From: Chrysomallon squamiferum
Lineage: Eukaryota; Animalia; Mollusca
Assembly (NCBI GenBank): GCA_012295275.1
Contig: CM022669.1
Span: 12,462,001 to 12,526,000 of the forward strand
Direction: 5' to 3'
Length of the DNA stretch: 64,000 nt
A program made the position numbers and the translations under genes. Positions 44,172-56,400 of the stretch are shown here, piece by piece. Position 1 is the first letter of the stretch. Every line of letters begins with the position of its first letter. Below the pieces are notes generated by a model that was not told where the DNA came from, did not search any database, and was given only the letters and a program-made list of their open reading frames with translations.

Positions 44172-44246
<75 letters not shown>

Positions 44247-47070
44247 GCCAAGGCTACATTAATCTGTATATACTGATGCTTGGCAATGCTGATATTCTTT
44301 AGATTAAAAGAAGTATGAATTAAGAATTCTGTCATTTCTGTTTATTTCCACTCAAACAGTTAACAAGCAAACAGTTGTAAGTAATAAAGTGTTATGTATT
44401 CATTTATGTAAATACCAGTCTCATGATCTGAAAGTTGTGTTCTGCGTTATATAATTCATTTTGTTCTTTAAAACAAAACAACAACAATATTGAAAGCAAC
44501 AGTGAAAAGAATAAAATAAAAATAAAAACAAACAAAAATAAGATAAAAAAGAAATAATGATGATTACAATAATGGTAATAATAATAATAATAAAAATAAT
44601 AATAGTAATAATACAACAAAAATAATAACAATAAGAACAACATTGGGAACAATATCAACAACAGTAATAACAAAAAATAGGAATAAAACTATAATAACAA
44701 AAATACTTTTAATATCAACAAAAAAAAAAAGAAAAAAAAAAAGAAGAAAATCCTGTTATTTCATTGATATGCAAACCATTCAAAATATTTCTAACTTGTG
44801 TTTTTTAACTTGATAAAGAATTTATTTTATTTTGGTATTTGGACAAAACTGAAAACCCCCAAAAGAACACTGAAAAGCTTGTCAGTCTTAATAATTACTT
44901 CATGAAAAGAGGCTAAGTTTGTTCATAAACCTTTTTTTTTTTTACACCTGAATAAAATTCTATTCATTTACTGTATTAATAGATATATTTTGTTTATTCA
45001 TATGTTAAAGACGAGCTTAGTTACATCACAAAATATATAATTTATGTAACAGGCATGAAATAAATTATTTTTATTATTTCTGGGTGGAGATTGAAAACCA
45101 CATCTCAGTATCACCTTCTTTATCTTCTTTTCAAAAAGAATTCCTAAAGGTGGCTAACACACAGTCATATATCTTTTGTGTATTCTATGGGCATCTAATG
45201 TGATCTGGGTAATTCAATACATTTAAAAAAAAAAAATTTGAAATATTACTACTGGTATGCATATACTGGTTTGTGACACAACATACCAGTATGTATATAA
45301 GAAATATTTTAATTTCTTTATATAAAAAGAAATTCCTTAGTTATTATTACTCACCACAGGTGGACCTCATGGAATTTAGTTAGCTCATTTATTTTCTTAT
45401 GCTTCTTAATATGGAAATACGTCATGGACAGATGGAATTTTTTTGCATGGATCTGCATATAAATACATATTTCACTGCACGAAATGGAATTCCTCATTAT
45501 TGTTGGTCACAGGAGGTGGACGTCATGGAATTTAATTTGTTTGTTTGTTTTCTTTTGCTTGTATACATTAGAACTGGTTGTGGGTGAATGGAAATTATTT
45601 GTACGTTCATGTGTCTGCATGTACGTGCTTTGTGTGTGTATGGATGTGAAGGCAATGGGTTTATTGTTTTAATATTATTTTTTATTATTATCATTATTAT
45701 TGTTATTATTATTATTATTATTATTTTTGTTGTTGTTGTTATTATTATTATTATTATTGTTACTATTATTATTGTTCTAGCACAATAACCATTAAAATGA
45801 AAATATCATTAAATAAAATCCTTAATGCAGCAGATTTTCTCTTTCATACCTTTTCTTTATTATTATTATTATTATAATTACAATTTTTAGGTTTTATAGT
45901 TTTGCAAGCAGTAATTAAAACTATAACAAGTTTTATTAAACATGTATTCATTAAATCAGCCACTGATTCCTGATTTAGCAACCCATCCAATGTTTCAGCC
46001 ACTCATTTACTTATTACTCATTTATTCACTAACTCAGCCATCACTCATCATTCATTTACTTATACATTCATCACTCACTTACTCACTAATACACTCAAAA
46101 CTCACTCACTACTTCAGTCATTACTCATTTACTAACTCATTCATAACGTATTTTACTAATTCACTCATCACTCATTTATTTACTGTCTCATCACATTTAG
46201 TAACTCACTCATCACTCATTTACTCACTAACACACGACTCATCATTCATTTTGTCACTAATATGCTCATCACTTGTTTACTCATTACCTCATTCATTACT
46301 TATTTACTCACTCACCACTCATTTACCCAACTCAAACACTTAATGATTTTTCATTCAGTCAGTAACTCACTATGTTACTCATGTTACTCATGCCCTCATT
46401 CACCTTAGCAGAAAATTGTACTTTACTCAGAATTGTAATAGCATAAACATATATTTAAACAAAAAAAAGAAAGAAAGAAAAAAAAAGAAGTAAAAATCAT
46501 GTTCAGCAGAAATTAACTGAATAACAGCACACTTAAGCACCCCTGGAGATAGAAAGAAAAAAAAAGAAAAAAAGATGAAAGCAATTAGGAAAATCAGATA
46601 TGCAAATGAATCATTAACAGCTATTGACAGGGTTTATTTTGGGAGTCTGACAAGGTAAATGGATAATTGCTTTTCTAAATTCGGCAGTCTTGATAGCAAA
46701 CAGCAGGGCAATGTTTTTTCATGGCATGAAAACGTTAATGAAATTTTCCGCTAATGTTTTGATTACTTACTATTTAGTCTGACTTTATTTTCATACTATC
46801 AGCCTAATTTCTACTTTCTCCCCATGTATTTTCACAGCTCATATCATCTGATTGCTTTTCCATGCATTATAGTCTTATGGGATGAATGCACATACTAAAA
46901 TTAGTTCTCCTGTGGTGGTTTTTTTTGCTCCCATTATTATTATTATTATTTTTTTTTTACTTTCCTCCTTCATTATCTTTGGGCTTATTCCTCTTACTTT
47001 AGTAAGCTTTTAATATTATTTTCTATCTTCTCTCAGTCCTTCATATCTTTTTCTTCCCTTCTTTCAGGAT

Positions 47071-47117
<47 letters not shown>

Positions 47118-47128
47118 TCTCTCTCACA

Positions 47129-47188
<60 letters not shown>

Positions 47189-50100
47189 CTCATTCTTTGC
47201 ATATAATTTGTTAGTCCTATAATTCATAACAGAATTCGATCTGTATCTTTTTCTCTTCTCAACCATCTGGTACATGTTTATTTATTAAATATAAATACAC
47301 ATTAAAAATGTTTTGAGGGTGCCATTAAATAACTGAGGTGAATGTAGAGGGGGGTCCAAGGTGTATGAACCCACCATTAAATTTGAGAAGTGCCCCTTTT
47401 TATTTAGGATTTTCAGATTTTTTGCAAATTATGTAGTTTCTTTTAATTTCTCTCATTGTATAGAACACTGTAGAATATGTCTGCCAGCGACCCTATAGTA
47501 GCCCTATTATTTCAGACAGTTTTTGTTTATTTACTTATTTTCTACCATTTCTGACTATTTTTAGTATATTTTACTTTATAATGAAACCTAATTTATTATT
47601 TTCTGTTTCAGAATTTTTATATCCCTGTTTTACTATATTACAGTAACTAAATATATTCATTTTATACAGTTGCAGAATGCCCTTCTGTATGTTTTAACTA
47701 GATAAAAAAGATCGTTTGTATTTATTTTCCAACAATTTCAGAATATTTTCCTCTGTTTCAACAATATAATAAAATCATTTGTATTTATTTTCTACAATTT
47801 GAGAATGTTTTTCTCTATGTTTTAACTATATAATAGAACTAAATGTATTTATTTTCTACAATTTCATATTTTCCTCTGTTTTAACTATATAATAAAATAA
47901 TTTGTGTTCATTTACTACAATTTCAGAATGTTTTCCTGTATATTTGAGCTGTATAATAAGAAATAAATGTATTTATTTTCTACAATTTCAGAATGTTTTC
48001 CTGTATATTTTAGCTGTATAATAAGAAATAAATGTATTTTTTTTCTACAATTTCAGAATGTTTTTCTGTATATTTTAGCTGTATAATAAGAAATAAATGA
48101 ATTTATTTTCTACAATTTCAGAATGTTTTTCTCTATATTTTAATAAAAGAAATAAATGTATTTATTTTTTCTACAATTTCAGAATGTTTTTCTGTATATT
48201 TTCTGTATAATAAGAAATAAATGTATTTATTTTCAGAATGTTTTTCTGCTGTATAATAAGAAATAAATGTATTTATTTTCTACAATTTCAGAATGTTTTT
48301 CTGTATATTTTAGCTGTATAATAAGAAATAAATGTATTTATTTTCTACAATTTCAGAATGTTTTTCTGTATGTTTTGCCCAGTGACAGCTGTCGATACTG
48401 CACACAGCACCGGGAGTCATGTCGAACTGTCGCTGGTATTTTCATTGTGTCGGGTCTCACAGTGGGAACATACAACCCCATGCTGGAACTACCAGCCAGA
48501 GCATGTCACATCAACATTACAGAACTTGCACCATCAAAAAATTACATAGGTTGTGTTTTTAATGTTTAATTTTTTTTTTTTTTTTTTTTTAAGTTTAAAA
48601 AAATACACAAGTTGTACTGTATATTTGAAAAGATTTATTATTTTAATTTTAGTATTTACATAGGATGTATTTATATTCATTAATTCTTTTACCATAAAAA
48701 CTATAAATACTGTATTTTTATATTTATATTAATGAATTCTTTTAGCATAAAAATTAATTAGATTTTGATTTTAATATTCATATATTCAGTTTTAATTCTT
48801 TTATCATACAGATTACATAGGTTGTCCTTTTTCTTTTAACATAAAAAAATACATCGATTTTATCTTTTAATATTTATAAATTCACTGTTAATTTTTTTAC
48901 CATAAAAACTACATAGGTTGTATTTTTAATATTCATATATTCAGTTTTAATTCTTTTATCATACAGGTTACAGAGGTTTTCCTTTTGTATTCATATTCAT
49001 TCTTTTAATATTCAGAATACATAGTATTATAATGGTATTATTTTATTGTGATAGTTTGTTAAAAAATCTGATAAGTCACTGAAACCAAATAAAATAATAA
49101 CCTATAAATAAAAAGATTTTTGATTTATACCAGCACAAACACTCTCTTATTCAAAGCATTCCTTAATAACATTTGCCAAGAAAATCTGAAGGTTTGACAT
49201 TTTTGTAATTAACTTACTCTTTAATAAAATGTGAAGAAAAAAAAAAATTAACAGGCATGTCTTTGCTTTTATAATTGATATTTATAGCATTTCATGTTCA
49301 TTTTTTTTTCTGATTTTGTTTATTTCAATTTTTTTTTTTTTTTAACTTTTGGCATGGAATCTATAATATCAAATTGAGCAAAACATTTGGCAAGTATTTT
49401 GAAAAAATATTTTTTTTTATACAGATTAAGATTTTCTACTTATAGAATTTATTTTTTTATCTCAAATATTTGAATCATTTCTTTTCTAATGTTGAAGTTA
49501 CACTTTGATATAATTTTTTTTTATTTTGCAACAAGATAATGTTTCAAAGATTGATACAAGGAATTACATAACTGTATAATGAGTAACTGTTATTAATGAA
49601 ATTGTTATTATTTATTATAAATATATAAAAAAATAGTTTTAAAACTGTCCCAGTATAAATGAATGAAATGATTAACTGATAAGGAATGTTTTATAATGAA
49701 ATTTAATTTTTAATCTGATAATGCATGAAAATATATGAACAAATTTAAATTTGTCTGTCTTTTTAGTTATACCCTGTATTTAGCTATAGTTGTTGTTTTT
49801 TCTATCCATTTAAATTTAAAATTCGATTTTTACTACAATATTACATTTAACTAGAACACATTATTTAATCTTTGATTAAAAAAAAAAAAAATCATAGTTC
49901 TTAATTTTACTTTAATGTAAAAAAAAAAAAAAAAAAAAGTGCTTTTCATTCTGTAAAATTTTCACAAAATTTTCCATCATTAAATTATAAAATTACAGAA
50001 ACATTAAAAGAAATTTAAAAATGGTTTTAATATTTTTGTAATTTTAGCTATAAAGTCTGCAGGTTCAGAAAACATTTTGAACAATTACTGGGCTCTGTCT

Positions 50101-50403
50101 CAGTCTGGGCGCTACCCAGGGGCAGGCACGGTGTTTGAGTACTACAGGAGTGGGGTGCATGCTAACTGCCCTGGACAGTGTGTGTATGCTGCAGGGCCAA
50201 CAAACAAGAAAGTTACAGTACAGGTAATAACAAAAAAAAAAAAAGATTTTGAAAAAATATTAAAACATAATAAAATAAAATAAAATAAGATAAGAAAATA
50301 TATATATATATAAAAAAATAAAAATAAAAAAAAATAAAAAAAAATAAAAATAAAAAAAAAAAAAAAAAAAAAATAAAATAAAAATAAAAATAAAAAAAAA
50401 AAA

Positions 50404-50434
<31 letters not shown>

Positions 50435-53400
50435 TAAAAAAAAATGAAATAAAAATAAAAATAAAAATAAAAATAAAATAAAATAAAATGAAATAAAATG
50501 AAATAAAAATAAAAATAAAAATAAAAATAAAATAAAATAAAAATAAAAATAAAATAAAAATAAAATAAAATAAAATAAAAAAGGTTAAATATGCTTGATG
50601 CTCTAGACAGATCCAATGAGAAATAGAAAAATGGTAACGTTCAGAGACAGGCAGACAAGACAGACAGACAGAGACACACAGTTATATATGCATACTAAGA
50701 TCACAGTCAGAAAAATAAATAGATGTAGAGTGGGGTGCATGGCCAATTGCTCACTGGACAATACCTCACTGGGCAATTGCTCACTGGACAATACCTCACT
50801 GGACAATTGCTCACCAATAAAGTGAGAAACAGGACAACTGCTCACTATGTGTGTGTAAATGGTTGAGTGGGAGTGGGAATCTCTGATAAATAAATAAATT
50901 AATAAAATAAGATAACAAAATTAATTCTATGTCAGCTGTATTTTCAAAACTTTGATTGCCAAAGTATTAAGTCTTGGATAGCTGTGATAAAAAGTAATTA
51001 ATTTCTAAAAGCAAAACATAATTCTAAAAAAAAACTGATCAACCTAAACCAAAAATGTTTGAGTAGTTTTTCTCCAAAAATAATGTAATTAGTCCAGAAA
51101 CATGCCTTTGATGTTCACACCCTTAAACAAAATTATAGGAACCTCAAAAGCGTTAATTAAATGACAAAACAAGAAGTTCATATCTCTAAAGATTCCACTG
51201 CATTCAATGTTGATAACATATAAAGTAAACATAATTTAAACAGTATTTTCAGTAATCAAAAACTTTAATCAAATGAATTGTCTATTTAACACAGTTTTGA
51301 AGCTGTGCCTGTAGAAAGTCTATGTATTATGGTTGTTGTTTTTTTGTTATTTTTATCCATAACAAATCCTGTTATTATTTTTTTATTAATAAAATAATAA
51401 ATAGTATTTTCCTGTGAGCAATTGCCCGTGTACGGCGGTTGTGAATAGAAAAATTGATAGACGTTCAAATTTGGGTCAAAATCTAGTTTCACGTCCTTAT
51501 TGTTTTTATTTTTATCTTTTATTTTATTTTATTTTTTTTGTTTGTTCCAGCTTCTGTACTATTCTAGAAATCCTGGTATTAAATACGAATTTCTGCTTCC
51601 AAACAACATACCATTTCAGCCATTAGAAGGAACATATGCACATATTGGTAGTAAACAAAGACCTTTGAAACCACCAGTAATCAATCGTAGAACTGATATC
51701 AGCCAATCAAAATTTGACGGTGAGCACACAGGACCGACATTCAGCAGCAGATCAGAAGGGTCTTTGCTAGTTCGAAGCAGACAACAGCTTCGATCAAGGT
51801 TACATTCTCGTAGAAATTCTTCTAGATCAGTAGCTAACCCAAACAGAAAGAGACCTAGAAGTAGATCACATTCTGGCTCCAGACACGTTCCTTCACCCAA
51901 ACCTGACGTTATTCTGAGGAGATACGGCTATGACGATCTAGGAGGGCGTGGCCTTAGCTACTCCCAGGTTAGAAGAAATGGTGGAAATCTGGCTAGAAAG
52001 ATTCCAGTTGTTCAGCAGACTCCAAGATATATTTCTGCAACCAACAGCAGCAGAAGACTTATTGGATTTGAAACAAGTGCATTGCAAGGACGGAGGGCGG
52101 CACTTAGTGGAAGGACGTACTACAGAAGAAGAGAGAAAGCAGACGCGAGAAGCAGACAGAACGCGGTGACTGATAATGATTATTCTGTTCGCAGACGGGG
52201 TCCTGTTGATCAGGGAGGACGAGCTCAATACGAGTGGAAAATTTCAGGCTTCACTAAATGTTCGGTGACCTGTGGTGAAGGTGGGTCAAGGTCAAAATTT
52301 AGACTCGACACTAATTTAGTAATTAATTTCAAGGTCCAGTTGTTGCTGTTTATTGATTTATTAATATACTTAATAATTGTTAATAAATGATAAAACATTA
52401 AATTTTGCAACGAAACAAATAAAAGAAACTTAATTAATTTTATTACTACGCTCATGAATTTTTTTTTTTAATATATATATATATATATATAAAAATAATA
52501 AAGAATAAAAAGATAAAAAAAGATATAATATAGTTATTATTATTATTATTATTATTATTAACACTGTTTTATTTTTTTTCAGTACATAGTTAAATCTGTA
52601 TTTTCCAATTGAGAAAATAGTCTAATAGCTTCAAATTATTATTATTTTTGATTTTCTCAGGGTTTCAGGAAACTCTGATTATCTGTGTTTTAAAGACTTC
52701 AAGAACTCATGTCAGAGTCACAGAAGAAAACTGTAACAGCAAAACCAAGCCAAAGAAACAGCAAGTTAAATGTAACACCAACCCATGTCCTGCTGAGTAA
52801 GTTTGATGAAACAAAATTACATTTACAATTTATTAACTGAAATGTACATATAAATGTAGAAAAGCAAAATGTATAACTTACTTAATTTTATTTTACATCC
52901 TTAATGGTAAAATATACTTGGAACCCCAAAGTTTAACTTATTTCATTTTATTTTACATAAACTATTAATACTAAAATATATAATTTATTGTTGTTATACA
53001 GCTGGGTAGTAGGGCCATGGTCTGAGTGTAGTGTGACATGTGGCTCGGGTACACAGACACGCAAAATTGAGTGTAAACAGCGAATGTCTCGCACCTTGCA
53101 CCTCAGTGTGTCAGCCAGTCTTTGTGATGACAAAACTAAGCCAGCAGTGTCTCAGATGTGTGAGAAGGGCTTGTGTGCCTCATGGAAGATTGGTGCATGG
53201 AATCAGGTCAGAATTTGACATATTTAATAAAGAGTTTGTTGTTTTGAAAAATGTTATACAGGATTTTCAAGCATTTTTATAAATTTAATGAAAGCAGCCA
53301 GTACTTTGACCTGAAAATGTAAACTGATCAACTGAATTCAAAAGAAGGCAGAGTGACAGAAAGAGGGATAAATAGACAGGCAGAGTTAAAGTTTGATTAT

Positions 53401-56400
53401 ATTTTGCTTTTCTGTGGATTTTCTTATCTTATTAAAATTTGTCAAATAAGGAAATTATAGTAAAGAAATTATCTATGCTAATATAACTAAAGAGATTAAA
53501 CTATCATTTTAAATCTACCAGTGTTCTGTCAAATGTGGGATTGGAGAAAGGAAACGGAAGGTAAAATGTGTTGACCATCATAAGAAATACATTCCAAACA
53601 AGTACTGCCCCAGGCCTGTTCCACCCTCTGTTGAGAGGTGTGACAGAGGACCTTGCCAGACTCAGTGGTGGATGTCTGCTTGGTCAGATAAGGTTAGTAA
53701 TCTCCCTTGTATTGTAAAATAAATTTTATTATTTTCCCCTGCTTTGTTAGATTAATTGCCTTCACTGAATTACTTGTCATCTTAATTATTTCTGTTTCAC
53801 TATATATATATAAAAGAAGTTTATTTTAATAAACCTGCAAGCTAGTTTTACCTGTAACTGATTTTCATTTGTAAGAAGAATAGTGGATTATGTCCCTTGA
53901 ATCAGTATTTTTATCTCCCTTGCATTTGCAGATTAGTATATTTCCATTTTGTTGTAAGAGAATACTTATTTAAGAGTTATTAAAAAGTTTTATTGACTGT
54001 GAACTGTAATATGGTTGGTTACTTTTTTAATGCAGAATTTTTTCTTTCCACTATTGTTTTTTTGGTGTATTTTTAACTGTAATGTTAATTTGAATCAGTT
54101 ATTTTATTATTATCATTATATTTTTTTCATCTAATTCCACTTCTATTATTTTTCATTGTTCTTATCATATATTTCTTTCTTAATCTTACTTTATCTGATT
54201 TCACAATCCATCCCAGTCGATACATGTACCTGATCATTGGCTCATAAAAGACTATAGTATGTGTTTTTATCTCTGTGGGACACTGCATGTATATGATTCC
54301 TTTCTCATCATGTATATTACTAAATCATATATATGATAACACATAACTAATTGTATATTAAAATCATTAAATATATATATTTTTCATTCCATGTAATTTC
54401 CAGTGTCCAGTTGACTGTGGTCCTGGTGTGCAGACAAGGAATGTGGTGTGTACAGACAGCAGGGGTGAGAAGATTCCAGAAAGTCTGTGTGAACTTTTGC
54501 GAAAGCCAGCCACTCAGCTGGCATGTCACAGCAAAAAGAAATGTGATCAAGGTCAATGGTTTGCTGGACCGTGGAGCAGAGTAAGTGATTTTCCTTTCTT
54601 CTCTTTCTTTCTCTGTACCTTGCATACAGTCTCAGTGACTATCTTTCTTCTTTCTTCATCTTTCTTTCCTTTCATTTATGTTCCTTTTTTTTGATCCGTT
54701 CATGAATGTATATTTAATTATTGTTATTTAACTTCTGTGAATCTTCCATTTTTCATTCCTGTACAGTTTGCTTGTTAAATTATTCTCTTTGAAGAAAAAT
54801 ATCTTTTTTTATCTTATAACTTTTCTTTTCCTTTTCCCATCTTTGATTTTTAATTTTTTTTTTTATTTTCTCATATTCACAAGGTCATTAATGTTAATAT
54901 TATTTATTGGTTTAATATTTTATAAATGTACCAATAATAATAATAACCATAATACAGTATAAAGTTCCTTGCTACTCCTGGAAGCATTGTATAAAGCATC
55001 AAACAACAGAAAAATCTTCATTAAAATCTATTAACCTTAATTAAGCACAATTATTCTTTCATACCTCCTCCTCTATCTGTCCAGTGTTCTACAGACTGTG
55101 GCAATGGTGTTCGCAGTCGTGAAATTGCCTGTGTAAAATCTACAACAGGAGGTCTCTTGATTACCCAAGACTCTGACTGTGATACTGAGAAGAAACCTGC
55201 AGCTACAGAGCCATGTCAGAGTGGAAATTGTGGTAATCAGTGGTATATGACACCTTGGAGTGAGGTAAACTAGTGTTTAATCATTAATTTTCATTTACAG
55301 ATGTAATCAGTATTATTAATGTATATAGTTATATACTATTAATAATAAAAGGAAAGTTCTTTTTAAATAGCATTTTTGATGATATGAAATAAGAGTTGAC
55401 CAGAATACGTTTAAAACACATAACATTTATTTGTTTTTGACTGACAATTTTTATCAACAGTAAATTATTTATAATGAAATAACAAATACTGCCATTTCTA
55501 TCTTTAACACGTCAGATGTAGCTATAAAATATAATGGTTTCTTATATTATTTCTGGTGGTATATGTACCATGTTATTTAAAATGAAATATGTATATTATG
55601 ATTTCAATTTAAAAATATGAACATTTTTGAAACAAATATTAATAGAATAACAAATTATTGAATTTTTAAAAAGAATAATATTGTTTTCCATTTAGTGTTC
55701 AGTTACCTGTGGTACAGGTAGAAAAGTTCGACAGGTGAAATGTCTTGATGAACATCAACAATCATCAGAAAATTGTGACATCACAGAGAAACCAGCAGAT
55801 CAGAAACCTTGTCAACGTAAAGATTGCAAACACAAATCCTGGCCACAGTCTATCAGTACACGTATGTTTAATATATACTTGTTATGTATGTTGCACAGAA
55901 TGTATATTAAAGCATGTATTTTTTTTTTCTTTCTGAACAAACATGTTTATCTACAAGTAATTATTTTCTGCATCAGGATAACAATATTTGTTTAATATTA
56001 CCACCAGACTAATGAGATGTTTTGCTTATTTCTTTCTTGCTAGTTTATTTCACTTCCTTGCTGTGTGCATGACTTTGATTTCTTTTTCTTTTACATTTTG
56101 TGGATTTTATTCTATTCTGATAATATATAAAGCTTTAGTTTACCCACAATCCTTTTCAATTTTAGATCGCTTACTATGTTATGGTTGTGTTAGAAAATAA
56201 GGAATTGTTTTTTCTGACTGCCTGCTTGTTTTTCTTTTACATTTTAGTACACTTATCTTGTTATAAAAATATTGATTTAGAAAGTAAAAAAGTATACTTG
56301 TTTGGTTTTCATTTGCATTTTAATCATTTATCTTGTTATAGCAGTATTACATTAGGAAGTAAGAAATTGTTATTTTTCTGCATGCTTGCTTGTTTTTTAT

